A stretch of 64,000 bases of DNA from Octopus vulgaris (GCA_951406725.2 OX597818.1:62744001-62808000), one strand, 5' to 3'. Positions 13,051 to 26,564 are shown, numbered from the stretch's first letter. Notes: generated by a model not told the origin, from the letters alone. Numbers and translations are program-made.

Positions 13051-14429
13051 ATATTATATATATACGAGCGTGAATCTTTAATGTTCTTGTTCTAAAAGTT
13101 TGATATGTATTAAGTTAATTGCGCTCCCTAAGATAAGACATGCTTAATAACGTTTCGGTATCAAAATATTCTCAAATAAATTTCGTTATAAAATATATTC
13201 ATGGACAAACATCCATTCGGCATTACATTGTGATTAAATGTATTCAATTTAGATTGCAAGTAAAACATATTATTGGCGAAAAATCTCTAAAGACATTTTC
13301 TAAGACATTAAAAGCATGTTAAATTCAAACAGCACTTCTACTGTGTAGTTACCGTATATCACCAATTTCAAGCAATTTAGCCAAAAGACTCAGTGCCTCG
13401 GAGCCCCTGTATGACAAGACATATTACTAGATGTTAATTGTTATATCGCTCTTTTTCCTAGTGACGGTCGGGTTGTTGTGTTGTAGATAAAATACCTAGA
13501 ACTAAGTAGCAAAAGTTAGAATCGCTGGATATTTGAAGCCGGGCAAGTATTTTAACGCTAGAATTTCACAAGCATTTATACATCAAGTTCATAAATACCC
13601 GGATTAGATACGTCTGTTTTGTAACTTTGTTTTATAACAAATATTACGAGCAACATTCATTAGTCGTCATTGATTTTGACGTCACTTTTAATTTCACGTC
13701 ATTCATAATTCTATACTTTGATTCGTAATTTTATTACAAGTTTATATAGTAATTAGGACTATATTATAGACTTGTTAGACGGGCATAGATTTATTAATAT
13801 TTTCACAAGCAAACAGGAATCGAAACACAGGTATTCTAGCCTCTCGCTGTTAATATATCAATGTTAGTGTACAGTCGCTAATGAATTAGTCACTGTGATA
13901 TCATGCTATGCTGATAGAATGACCAGCATTTTACTGCACGTGATGCATAGCAGTGGTAATAAAATAATAGACATTTATAGCATACATACATATATACATG
14001 CATATATATATATATATATATACATATATACATACATATATATACTTTCATACACGCGCATTCTGACGTATGAACTGTTTGATTACACGATATTTGTGAT
14101 CCGGGAGAATGATGCTAAAATCCAAACGCTATTAAGCACACTAGAAATGTTCACATCAATAGAGATATTGACCTTCGTTACCTAAAACGAAACAAGGAAA
14201 ATCGATTCAAGCAGCTTTTCCATGTCGCATTTTATCCCTTCAACATAATCTACTCGCTACCAAGCGTCGAAGTACATCCATTGATCAACTCACATTATAT
14301 TAGACAAATAGAATCATAAGGTTGGAAAAGAGCTTTCTGGAAAATATTCCTTGACCGATGATGCTTACGTCACATTTAGCTTCAAAGGGTTTGTATACCT
14401 GACAGCTGAATAAATATACACATTGAGGT

Positions 14430-14916
14430 AAGAATGCTGTACGGCAACATCAGAGAAAGTCATAAATATCAACAGAGAGTCATAAATGTTTTATGATGTT
14501 AGAAAACTTGAGATTACAGTGAGATAGATAAGCAGAGTCATCATCTCTAGCCAACAGGCCATTATATTAGCTTTTACTTTGAAAGGTATTGATTCGCAAC
14601 AAAGGGCCAAGAAATGAAGACAAAGTAGCTGATGTCCAAAAGCATGCAGTGATACAGGTAAAACACCGAGATGGACTAGAGATGCTACAGGTGCAATTAA
14701 CACCGAAGATGTTTCTACAACATAAACAGGTTTTCGGTAATGCAATCTACCTGTGTGTGATCCAAAACGCATTCATAGAAAAAAATACAACCGAAGATCC
14801 ACATCTATAAACCTACAAGAAAACCCACCAGAAATTTGAAAGAATGCTAATGATATACACCGATCAAAATCTCTGCAAAATATTGGCAAAGCAAGGGGAT
14901 ATAGTATTAGGGTCAA
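14430..14916 (+). mobile_element. Possible piggyBac-like transposase C-terminal cysteine-rich remnant
   Basis: Frames give CYRCN*HRRC and CNLPVCD; ends near tagggtcaa (resembles GGG-TTAA). Degraded. Confidence 0.35.
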
Positions 14917-15055
14917 GTAGGGGAGGTTTTCTCAGTTGTAGAAATCAATTAAAATAGTGACGTGATCACAGTATTAAGAGAAACAGAATAAGTAAATATT
15001 TATGGTGTTATAAAGGGAAATTGATAGATACTACTTAGGTACAATAATATATTAA

Positions 15056-15685
15056 GGCGGCGAGCTGGCAGAAACGTTAGCACGCCGGGCGAAATGCGTA
15101 GCCGTATTTCGTGTGCCGTTACGTTCTGGGTTCAAATTCTGCCGAGGTCGACTTTGCCTTTGATCCTTTCGGGGTCGATAAATTAAGTACCAGTTACGCA
15201 CTGGGGTCGATGTAATCGACTTAATCCGTTTGTCCTTCCTTGTTCGTCCCCTCTGTATTTAGCCCCTTGTGGGTAGTAAAGAAATAGGTATTTCGTGTGC
15301 CGTTACGTTCTGAGTTCAAATTCCGCCGAGGTCGACTTTGCCTTTCATCCTTTCGGTGTCGATAAATTAAGTACCAGTTACCTACCGGGGTCGATGTAAT
15401 CGACTTAATCCCTTTGTCTATCTTTATTTGTCCCCTCTATGTTTAGCCCCTTGTGGGCAATAAAGAAATAAGAAATGTTAGTACGCCGGGCAAAATGCCT
15501 AGCGGTATTTCGTCTGTCTTTACATTCTGAATTCAAATTTCGCCGTGGCCGACTTTGCTTCTCATCCTTAAATTAAGTATCAGTGCGAGAAATTATGCAC
15601 CAGTTGCGTACTGGGGTTGATCTAAACGACTATGTCCCCTCCCCCACCTTCAAAGTTCTGGATTTTTGTCTAGAGTAGAAAAGAA
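15056..15685 (+). mobile_element. SINE family B, trimeric copy
   Basis: Head ggcggcgagctggcagaaacgttag, B-box-like ggttcaaattc, core gcctttcatcctttcggggtcgataaattaagtaccag repeated three times; junctions near 15288 and 15471. Confidence 0.93.
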
Positions 15686-16081
15686 TACATTAGTATATTA
15701 TATAGATGACACTGAATTTTAGGCCTTTAGTGGTGTAACAAACTGGCCCAGCACACACATGTGAAGCACACTTTTATAATTTACTGGTGATAATTTCCTC
15801 GGAAATTACAATTAATGCCATCATACAAATAAATATACGTGAAACACAATGTAATCGCTTAGCTTTTAGGATGTCCGTATACAATTGTATAAACCTACGT
15901 CCTTATCGATGAAGCAAAAGAGAAGAAATGCAATGACATTCAGTCATACGGTTATACATAAATAGAAGCATATAGACAGAGCAGTATTTAGTTAATGGCG
16001 AGTAAAGAGTTGGTCTTGAATTTAAAAATAAAATTTGAAAACACTCATACGTTAGTATATACATGCATACATATGCATTTA

Positions 16082-16112
16082 TGTATGTGTGTATGTATGT
16101 ATGCTTGTATGT

Positions 16113-16160
<48 letters not shown>

Positions 16161-16169
16161 ACGTATGTC

Positions 16170-16224
<55 letters not shown>

Positions 16225-16233
16225 ACGTATGTC

Positions 16234-16285
<52 letters not shown>
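16082..16285. repeat. Compound (TA)n/(GT)n microsatellite with a duplicated acgtatgtctac spacer
   Basis: The unit (TA)n(GT)n-acgtatgtctac occurs twice. Confidence 0.93.
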
Positions 16286-16289
<4 letters not shown>

Positions 16290-16549
16290 TTGAAGGGAAT
16301 AAAGAAATACAATTGACATATTAAAATATATATTTACATTAAAGCACAATGTAGTTATACTATAAAAATCATATAATACAATATAATATAATATCATATA
16401 AGAAATACATAAAACAAATTTATATCGTGCAATTTTTTCGACTCATATCCCACTGGTGAATTTATGCATGTGAGTTTCTTCAGGGTAATATTTGTTTACA
16501 ACAAAAGACAAAAATTTCATGCAAGGAGTGCTTAATCGTAAAATAATCG

Positions 16550-16647
<98 letters not shown>

Positions 16648-16670
16648 TGTGTGTCTCTGTGTGTGTGTGT
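16550..16670. repeat. (TA)n(GT)n microsatellite
   Basis: Directly visible. Confidence 0.97.
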
Positions 16671-17194
16671 TCTAATTATTTATTATATTTTACGATATTT
16701 CACATCATATAACATTTTATAGTATAATTTCTCATATTATAATGTAAATAAATTTCGAATGTGTCAAATGCATTTTTCTACTTCCTTTAATATTTATGCA
16801 TGTCTCGTCTCTGAGAAAGCTCGTTCAGTTTCTCCTACTTCCAATCACTTCAGAAATGGAATCACATCATGTGTCTTTTCTCTTTATTCCTTCTTCCGTT
16901 CGGAATTTCCCGCGTTCTCGTTTCCGAAGCAGAGCTATACGCAAAACATAAAACAACTACTCTTTTCCTTGTTTGAGTGTCAGACTAATATATTGCTTGT
17001 GCTACATCCACGTTTTGTTGTTTTGGTCTTTTGCTTTCCTTTTACCTCTGTTCTTAAATTATATATATATATAATATATTTGTTTTGCAAGATTCTTGAT
17101 GTGAAGCCGTGTGTTGAAACAAATGTTGTATTTAGGAATTTTATTGGCTAAACTGGCAACATGACCATTCCTAAATACAACAACACACACACAC

Positions 17195-17237
<43 letters not shown>

Positions 17238-17381
17238 CCTTTGCCTTTAGCCTCTTTCAGCTATTAGATTTCAACCATCCAGAGCCACCGCCCTGGAGTA
17301 TTTTAGACAATTGCCTCCAGTACTTTTTTAAGCCTAGTACTTATTGTATCGGTATATATATATATATATATATATATAAAG

Positions 17382-17422
<41 letters not shown>

Positions 17423-17427
<5 letters not shown>

Positions 17428-17648
17428 TTTATTTAAAGCAGCAGAAATTTCAACAAAACCTGTTACTCTGATAGTCGGATAGTTTTTGCAAGATTCTAGC
17501 AAAAACTGTCCGACGAGTGGCAACGGGAAACTCAGAGTAACAGGTTTTGTTGAATTTTCTGCTGCTTTAAATAAAGCATATTACTCTACCACTGGTATTT
17601 GAGTACTCTTTTTTCACCTTGTTTCACATTTATGTGTTTACTCCGGTA
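17423..17648 (+). mobile_element. Fold-back Penelope-like pLTR fragment with a hammerhead-like motif, embedded in (TA)n
   Basis: Inverted arms 17423-17492 / 17494-17581; motif ctgt-CCGACGA-g tg gcaa cg g-GAAA-ctcagag-TA-acag at 17506-17543. Confidence 0.7.
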
Positions 17649-17649
17649 T

Positions 17650-17650
17650 G

Positions 17651-17690
<40 letters not shown>

Positions 17691-17732
17691 TAGATAGATA
17701 GATAGATAGATAAATAAATAGATATATAGAAT

Positions 17733-17787
<55 letters not shown>

Positions 17788-17788
17788 G

Positions 17789-17856
<68 letters not shown>
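17650..17856. repeat. (TA)n(GA)n(GATA)n compound microsatellite
   Basis: Directly visible. Confidence 0.97.
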
Positions 17857-18069
17857 CACAAGCGTATATGAACAGATTATCAGAAATAGTAGTCTAAGAC
17901 AGTTAAATACTCTCGAAGACACAAGGTGAAAAATAAATTCAGAAATATCCTGCGGAAAACTATGAGTGCTAAGTTACAAATCCCAGGAGTATGGCTGTCT
18001 AAAATGAGTATATCAATGTATGAATGTTCGTTTTAACATTAATGTAAAATTCTTTCCCGTGATACTGTG

Positions 18070-18450
18070 GCGTCATTGAAGGAGGGAAAGGAAATGGTAA
18101 ATGAGTTGTACAAACGTGATGCAGCATCGATAAACCTGAATTGGAGTGAATACTCTACAGATATCTGCCTTACAAATTATGATATCTCCAATGGAACTCC
18201 CTTGGCTGTTCGTTGTATGATTAGCTAATAAGAAATTATTAAGTAAGAACCGAAGAGTCATTTATTATATTAGGAAAATAAAGTTCTTGTCACCCTATTC
18301 TAAATGACGAACACATCAACCTCAGCGTGAAACCGGTCCTGAGCTAAATGGGTTACATTGATTAGGAGTATGTTTCAAACTGCTTGAACAATAATTTTGG
18401 ATTAAAACCCGGTAAATCTGCTGACGAAAGGCAACAGGCTCGGATAATAC
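18070..18450. mobile_element. Degraded Penelope-like remnant (RT fragment on minus strand, degenerate hammerhead on plus strand)
   Basis: Minus strand contains KGVPL...ADI...FRFIDA (cf. the Penelope RFIDD motif); plus strand has aTGACGA-acac..gcgt-GAAA-CCGG-TC at 18304-18338. Confidence 0.45.
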
Positions 18451-19118
18451 ATATATAAATGTTGCTTTTGGATATTCCGCTTCAATATGTTTCTCTAAAA
18501 TCGAATAAAGACGAGCAGTGTAACAGCCGAGATGACAGTTGCAGGGAAAATAAACTTTGTGTTTATATTAAATACCTTCTCATTAACAAAACTATATTGA
18601 TGGGAGTTTAACTCTACAAGGGAGTCAGCAAAATTAATGAAATTAATAAAAATGTTTCACTGTATCCCTTACTGTTGAATAAGAAACTAGCAGTATATTC
18701 TTGGAGGTTTATCTCTTCTGCTCAGTCTCATAAATGTTTGATCCTACGTATTTTAAGTTCAAAAGCCACCGAAATTAACTCAGACGTGAAAAATCTCAGA
18801 GACGACTGTGAAATGTTACAGAAGCGGTGGGTACACATTTTTGTCAAAATGGTAGACAATACAGCTTGCAATATCTTTTAATTTTAATTAAATGTCTGTC
18901 AATCATGTAGTGACTATGCGTCAAGGATGAACTTTATCAGAGTGTAGTATAGGCTTCTGTCTGCAGAGCAGACACTCGAGAGAAACCACAATCTGGAAGA
19001 AAAAAAAAATAGATGCAGTGGCTAGTGTGGTGTATGGAGATATCCTATAAAATACATTATTTAGCAGTTGTTAAGTGTGTCAAAATATATGTGCTTCAAA
19101 GATTATCTGATATAAAAA

Positions 19119-19119
<1 letters not shown>

Positions 19120-19184
<65 letters not shown>

Positions 19185-19300
19185 ATATATGTATATATAT
19201 ATATATGTATATATATATACATATGTAACTTCATATATGTATGTGTATATATATGTTTGTATATTTATATAGACATACATACATCCATCCATACATACAC
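19120..19300. repeat. (TA)n/(TG)n compound microsatellite
   Basis: Directly visible. Confidence 0.93.
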
Positions 19301-20219
19301 GCATTTATTCGCTTAATTTAATAGAATTGAAAAGCGATCTAATCTATTCCCTTCTGTTATACGCTGCTGACACTATTGGGAATTAAATACATGCTAATAG
19401 TTGCCATTTATCTTCCCTTATATTATTTGCAATAATTCGAGTTAAAAAGTAACCGCTATCTTTATATTCTCAAGGAGCCTTAGACAAAGTAATGCATAAA
19501 CTACTGGATGGCCAAACTGCTTACAATTATCTATAATTGTCGGTGTTATTGCAGAAAGTCAACACCAGCGACAGTGTTTAATTACATTAGCACATATAAT
19601 TTATTCATTCAAACCGGCTGTTGGCTTATCTGCCCAACGAATACGATGAATAGAGATTCGACTTTAAAAGATCTCGCGCTTTGATCTTGTGTCTTATATT
19701 AGCACTCTTTAGACAGCGCCTGCAGTTATAGTTTCATCCCGTTTCATAAATAGAATTCACAAGATAGTCTACTTTAATGGTTATCCATAATGTATTCTAT
19801 TCGGAATTACATATACTGCAGAGTAATTGTGAAATTACGCGTAATATGTTCTAATTTATACGTTGCATGTTAAGATTCATATTAACAGTACATATACAAT
19901 ACAATGCTCTCTGCGGTAGGAAGCTTCAAATATCTTTATGAGTCAATTGCATACATGATATCAGTTACAGGTTAAATTAAGCATCATGACTTCTTACACA
20001 CACGTAAACTCAATTAAATCGGCAAAATTGAAAATATTTCTACCATTATGGAATTACTTAGAATGTCTGATGGTACCTCGAAATTGCTGATAATTTCCAA
20101 CTTCTTTCAAATAGGGGAATGTAATAAATAGCGTAAAGATAGAAAGCTATTTTCGATATTAATTGAGAAATTGTCTCAACTCAGATATATTTGTGTGGGT
20201 GTGTGAGTATATATATATT

Positions 20220-20593
20220 TCTTTTACACTTGTTTCAGTCATATGACTGCAGCCATGATAGAGCACCGCCTTTAGTCGAGCAAATCAAACCCAGGACTTA
20301 GTTGTATGCCCAGCACTTATTCTATCAGTTTCTTTGCCGAACCGCTAAGTTATGGGGACGTAAACACACCAGCGTCTGTTGTCAAGCGATGTTGGTGTTG
20401 CAAACACAGGCACACAAACTCACACACACACACACACACATCTATATATATATGTGTGTATGTGTGTGTGTGTGTGTAAATATACACGATGGACTTCTTT
20501 AAGTTTCCGTCGACCGAATTCCCCCCGCAGAGGAACTAAACCCAGAACCATGTGGTTGGTAACCAAGCTACTTTCCACACAGCCACTCCTGCG

Positions 20594-20596
<3 letters not shown>
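20220..20596 (-). mobile_element. SINE family A copy with an internal deletion
   Basis: Matches the 2566-3007 copy but lacks the cacaaggc...gacacttgcc segment. Confidence 0.88.
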
Positions 20597-20654
<58 letters not shown>

Positions 20655-21160
20655 CTCTCTCTCTCTCTCTATCTATCTATATATATATATATATATCACT
20701 ACGTACGTATGTATGTGTGTCTGTCTGCATATATGTATTACGTATGTGTACATATATATTGAGATGCTAATAATGTTTGTAAGGCAAAACAGCCGGTCAA
20801 CGTGCTAGTAATAGCAGCAAATCACACTGAAATTAAATAATCTCTACAAATAGGACAGTGTCGAGGTTGCATGTCTGTTTCTCTGTCTCCGTGTCTGTCA
20901 ATGTATCTGCCTGTCTAACTGACTCTCCCTGAGTTTAACCCTAGGTGCGCCGAGAGCCACTGATGAGCTTTAACATGCGTGAGCATCGAAATGCGAACTG
21001 ATCAATGACCTCGCTATATCTGCCAATGGATGGAGCTTGTCTCCCTTGTCTGTCATAAAGATAGGGCTTTCTGTAGCTACTGAGTTGTTTTGACACTTAT
21101 TCCTCGCAATACTGATGCTGACGTATATATTTCCACCTTTAGGTTGTAAAATTGCTTATT

Positions 21161-21534
21161 GTGGAAGCACTCCGTCGGTTACGACGACGAGGTTTCCGGT
21201 TGATCCGATCAACGGAACAGCCTGCTCGTGAAATTAACGTGTAAGTGGCTGAGCACTCCACAGACACGTGTACCCTTAACGTAGTTCTCGGGGATATTCA
21301 GCGTGACACAGAGAGTGACAAGGCCGGCCCTTTGAAATACAGGTACAACAGAAACAGGAAGTAAGAGTGAGAGAAAGTTGTGGTGAAAGAGTACAGCAGG
21401 GATCACCACCATCCCCTGCGGGAGCCTCGTGGAGCTTTTCAGGTGTTTTCGCTCAATAAACACTCACAACGCCCGGTCTGGGAATCGAAACCGCGATCCT
21501 ACGACCGCGAGTCCGCTGCCCAAACCACTGGGCT
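21161..21534 (-). mobile_element. SINE family C (tRNA-Arg-like head; possibly related to Octopus OR-type SINEs), 10-bp TSD
   Basis: Minus head cccagtggtttgggcagcggactcgcggtcgtaggatcgcggtttcgattccc; TSD attgcttatt at 21151-21160 and 21535-21544; near-identical to 35383-35759. Confidence 0.92.
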
Positions 21535-21552
21535 ATTGCTTATTAGCACACC

Positions 21553-21772
21553 AACATATGAATAATAAGAAAATGGAGAAAGCCTCAGATTAACAAACTC
21601 ATCGATTGGACCACATTTATAGCTAATTTTATACCTCAAAACCTGACATAACAAATAGGTGGCGTAACAAATATATATGATATTTTGTATTAGAAAATAG
21701 GCTATAAATGTGGTCTAATCGAAGTGTTTGTTATTTCTGGGGTTTTCTCCATTTTCTGATTATCTGTGTTTG
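21553..21772. repeat. Imperfect inverted repeat (~78-bp arms, ~60-bp spacer)
   Basis: agaaaatggagaaa.c..caga.taacaaac...cgatt.gaccacatttatagc is followed by its reverse complement at 21692-21772. Confidence 0.85.
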
Positions 21773-22499
21773 TTTACTGATAAACTCTTGTTTATCCTGT
21801 TGTAACCTGCCCTCCACGTGCATAGTGTGTCCACACACCATTGCCCTCAGATAACACGTGTAACGGATACCGATAGTACATACAGATATTTTATTCCTTA
21901 GTCGGTTACCATAACCGCCAACCCTGTTTACACTTTATATATATATATATATATATATATACATACACACACAGACATATATATATATATATATATATTA
22001 TATGTGTGTGTCTATTTCATATATGTAACATGTCACTATGTATTTGTATAAGATTTAAAACTAAATCTAAGACATTCATGACAGGAACAAACCCGAGATC
22101 ACGAGATCTGTGCGCCATCTGTATGAAGTAAGTAACGCATATTGATTAGGTTGGTCCTACCATGGTATCGTTTCGGCCGATATGTTGTGGTTGCAATTGG
22201 GCTGAAGGAAAGTGTGCAGAAGCTCATCGAAGCAACCTTCAGCATATTCCATTCTGTTGCATTCAGTTTAATCAGATTTTCGGAGGTAGGAGATTTCCTG
22301 CTTTCCCTAGCAACAGTCCTAAGTAAATTTGTTGCACTCTCTGAGAATAAATAGTTCAACAAGTACCTGTAGGGCCGTTTGTCTAGCTACGACACATACA
22401 TGCACACACACACAAACACACACACATCCAACGCCTCCACACACGACTGTGTGTCCAACTACAGGTAATCAGTTGTATTCACGTATACATATATCCTAT

Positions 22500-22736
22500 A
22501 CTCTTTCTCTTTTTACTCTTTTACTTGTTTCAGTCATTTGACTGCGGCCATGCTGGAGCACCGGCCTTAGTCTAGCAAAACGACCCCGAGACTTATTCTT
22601 TGTAAGCCCAGTACTTATTCTATCGGTCTCTTTTGCTGAACTGCTAAGTGACGGGGACGTAAACACACCAGCATCGGTTGTCAAGCAATGCTAGGGGAAC
22701 AAACACAGACACACAAACACACACACACACGCATAC

Positions 22737-22768
<32 letters not shown>

Positions 22769-22935
22769 ATACGACAGACTTCTTTCAGTTTCCGTCCACC
22801 AAATCCACTCACAAGGCATTGGTCGGCCCGGGGCTATAGCAGAAGACACTTGCCCAAGATGCCACACAGTGAGACTGAACCCGGAACCATGTGGTTGGTT
22901 AGCAAGCTACTTACGACACAGCCACTCCTGCACGT
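22500..22935 (-). mobile_element. SINE family A copy
   Basis: High identity to 2566-3007. Confidence 0.93.
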
Positions 22936-23077
22936 ATATGCATATTAAAAATAAAAGCAGGCATACATAAACATCTCTCTGTCTGTATATATACATATGT
23001 GTGTGTGGGTGTGCGTATCTCTCCACACCTACATGCACACATACATGTACATAATCATGTATTAATTCACCGTGATT

Positions 23078-23265
23078 GATCGCTAGCCACTAAACCTTTA
23101 TTTTTCTCTTCCCCTTTATTTCTGTTTTCCCTTCTGATGAAGAGCGTAGGCTCGAAACCTAACAGACTTTCTCACTACCCGAGTGTTAAACTAATACATC
23201 TGATTGTTGTTTACACACCCGTCTTAATTTAGTTTTGTTTGTTTGTTTTTTGTATATTCCAACTA
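23078..23265 (+). mobile_element. Small Penelope-like/retrozyme-like repeat with a hammerhead core; sister copy at 63438-63615
   Basis: ctt-CTGATGA-a-GAGC-gtag-GCTC-GAAA-ccta at 23131-23161; flanks align with the reverse complement of 63438-63615. Confidence 0.75.
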
Positions 23266-23459
23266 CATAAACGTGTATATGCATATATGCATAGATGCGA
23301 GCAGAAATTAATATACGTATATACATTTATGATCAGGATGAATTAAATATTCATTACTTGAATATCATGGAGAAAGGACGTCCTTAATTCTCCTAATTTC
23401 TGTGATTTCTCTAAGATTTAAAATTCTTTATTCTCATTAAACGATCAGGCATCACAAAC

Positions 23460-23672
23460 TAAAATCAGAAAATTCTTACTGGGCCCCACCTTCAAGGTCA
23501 TGTGCTGTTTATCTTCATATGAGATCACCATGTCGCGCACATATGGTTGTGATGCATGTGCCTAGTGTATCCTTATCAGACGGGTAGTCATGATGGGTAC
23601 ACTGGGCTTCGTACATTTTACCACAGTATCACTTTGATGCAATGCACTGCTCTCTCAGTCAATAATTATAAT
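23460..23672 (+). mobile_element. Probable 3' end of an R4/Dong-like non-LTR element
   Basis: Begins with a QKILTG-like ORF end (cf. VQKIVLTG at 47879-48148), followed by a GC-richer UTR ending in an aataattataat tail. Confidence 0.45.
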
Positions 23673-25936
23673 GTTTGTTATCCTTAGCCCATTTAGTGAC
23701 AACGTAATGATCAAGTGTTTGGTGCTATATATTTCTACTTGTCTCTTTTATTTGGTGCTCCCCTCGCACGTTGTGACACGGTAGTAAGTTATAGTTTTAC
23801 ATTGAATGCAATTTTATTTTGCTGAAGTTAGCGTCATGTTATAGTGCATTTATATTATAAATATCTTCTTGATATAATCTAGCAAATAGAAGTCGTCACC
23901 ATGATGCTGGTATCTTCTGAATCAGCTTTGTTTAATTATCGATAATCAAGTATAGCAGTGATTATATTAAACAATTAACAAAATTTAATTTTATTGTTCT
24001 AACGCTAACAATAACGCCATGTCCAACTCCCGAGAGTAACTCGTACAGAACGGTGGATTGTAGCAACAAAATTACTTATAGTAGTGTTTGCATATTTGAA
24101 TAACTGTGTATACCACAGGGAATGTTTGTTCTGAATTTTCTATCAAAGCCTTTCTTCAGAGAGAAAGATTTAAAGATTTTAAGATAGAACTGAACAAATT
24201 TATATTGAATCGTTACAACACGAGTCTCCCTATAGGATTCAAAATTATTCAAATTTGCCAACTTTATTGATATATGGATGCAGTTTACTATTTATTCTAC
24301 CGAAATCTACTTTGGTTTTCCTTTTCTACAGAGACATGACTTTGTAAAAGTAAATTTAATATTAACCAGGATGTATCTTTTTCGAAAGATATTTATAGAA
24401 GATATCCTCATATCTTCGCTTATTTCTACGACAAATGTAAGGTACTGAATATGTTGTGGATTATCATCATGCAGATATTTTCATTTGTAAAAATGTTACT
24501 GTATTTACGAAAAGAGAAGTTGCAAAGTTCTTTTTCTTCTATTTCCTCGAACATAAAATCATATTGTAGAATAACTTTCATTTTGTCTGAAGGAAAAAAT
24601 CGCATAAAACAAGATATTATATATATATATATTCCTGAAGAAAATACATTTTCTGTTGTTAATATTACAAATATTCATTTATTGTAAGCACAAAAAGATA
24701 CCGTATGAAATGTATTAGTGTATAAGGAAATTGAATTCCGGTAAAGACAGAACATAAGAGATCGCCATTCTTCGTAAGCAGCATATTGTAAGTAGCCAAA
24801 ATTCAAGAACATTCAAGCAGTGGCAATTATTACAAAGTAGATACTTTCAACAGTAACAATATTATTGCATACAACACAAACGCATGGAAAGTTATATTTT
24901 TCTCTATGCAAATCTAAATAGCAATTCTGTGTCAATTTGTGTTGAGAAATTTAGTACTGATCTGTAATTTAGGTGATGCAACATAAAATAAAGACAGATG
25001 GTATTAAAGAAAGAGTTGTTTATTTAAACCATTGACAGCGTGTCCCTAAGTGTTTCTCATACGCTGGGCAACTCTACCTGTAAGGACTTTTCTTGGTGAA
25101 CGTATATTCTAAATGTAATAAAATGCATCTTCAGAAGTAGAACACACGACGATTAACATTCTACGCAGATCACGTGGAACTCACTTGGGAGTAATCTTCT
25201 GCCATCCATGACGGTTCTGAATCTACATACACTAACACTAACCTTATCCAAAGTGACGTCAGGATTGACCGCATGTTGCCCACAATCCCATCCCAACCCG
25301 TGGCTCCATGTTGCGGTGTTCATTTTCCTTCACTATTCTAACAAACTTCAGTTGTATCTGCTTTTAGAAGCTGGTTTTTATTCCACATGCATTCAAGTAT
25401 TCTCGTATTCTCGAGTCAGTCATCTCCCTTTTTTTTTGTTTATCAAAATTGTTTCCTATTTCTAGGCCTCACACACTCCCAGAATCCAATGTGTCCTTCT
25501 TCCGGAGGATGTCTTCTTCCCGGAAGTCCTTGTCTGTACATGCCTGTCGTTTGTGCAGCAGTAGACATGTAATCTAATACAAATACTAAACTCTTTGATA
25601 TCACTAACCAAGGGCCCATAAGATCAATGATGGAGCATTTCTTTCCAGCCCAAAACGAATAATATAAATAATAACTAATACCTTAAATATCTTAGCTGCA
25701 TAGATTACGAAAAACATTCCATATAACATACAATAATTCTACGAGGTTGTTTATTCGTTGGCTGTAGTTTGCAAAACTTTATAATTGTCACACTATTAAA
25801 ATACGAACCGGAACCTATGACAAAACTGAGCTGTTTACAGTATATAGTCTGAAGTTTATGGGAATATATTCAAACTTCTTTCTGTATAGACAAATGCTGA
25901 TTTTCAACTTCGAATTACCAACGAACAAAGTACTTA

Positions 25937-26330
25937 TCTTTATATATAAAAGTCAAGTTGTGTGTCTGTCTCCTATGATTTAGATTCCTAACTACTGCCA
26001 CATTTTGCGGTGCAGTTTAACCAAAACCGGGTATCTTATAGTCGTGATTCATATCGAGCCCTTCTTGGTATTAGCGCGCGTCTACGATGAGTCTACGATT
26101 TAAAAAAAAATTACTATCATTTTTTCCATTTTAATGTATTTTTTCGCTATTATATAAGGGAAGTAACTCTCTAAAAATGTCTACGATGAGTCAACGATTT
26201 AAAAAAAAATTGCCATCATTTTTTTTCCATTTTTAATGCATTTTTTGCTATCTTTTGGCTATAACTCTCTAAAAATGCTTATATAGTTATTTCCCTTACA
26301 AACCCGAGCAACGCCGGGCGATACTGCTAG
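25937..26330 (+). mobile_element. Non-autonomous Helitron (394 bp)
   Basis: 5' a|TCtttatatataaaa; subterminal hairpin cccgagcaacgccggg (26303-26318); 3' CTAG|t; insertion between A and T; no TSD. Confidence 0.88.
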
Positions 26331-26564
26331 TTTCTTATAAAGTTCACCCCATGTTTATTGTTTCAGATAGTGAAACAAGGCATGATTGACGAGAGGGGCT
26401 TCTCCATGCTTGCTTAATCTTCAAGAAATACCAACCACATTCTGCCGGATAGACTGAACATGTTTTATTTCAAATTGCACAAAGTCAGAGAGAAATAAAG
26501 AGATTGTTTCGGCTAGAATACCTCTTGTCATACGTCTGATCGAGTACGAATACAGGGACTTAAC

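Noticed and set aside
15056-15685. Regularly repeated ~185-bp units that could suggest a CRISPR array or satellite
   Set aside because: There are no unique spacers, the context is eukaryotic, and the units are SINE multimers found dispersed elsewhere in the window.
20965-21010. CTGATGAG...GAAA string resembling a hammerhead
   Set aside because: Stem II does not abut GAAA (three extra nt), and there is no stem III/UH triplet or stem I pairing.
22099-22362. Overlapping ORFs on both strands in non-repetitive-looking sequence
   Set aside because: No recognisable protein family; possibly a decayed LINE end, but unsupported.
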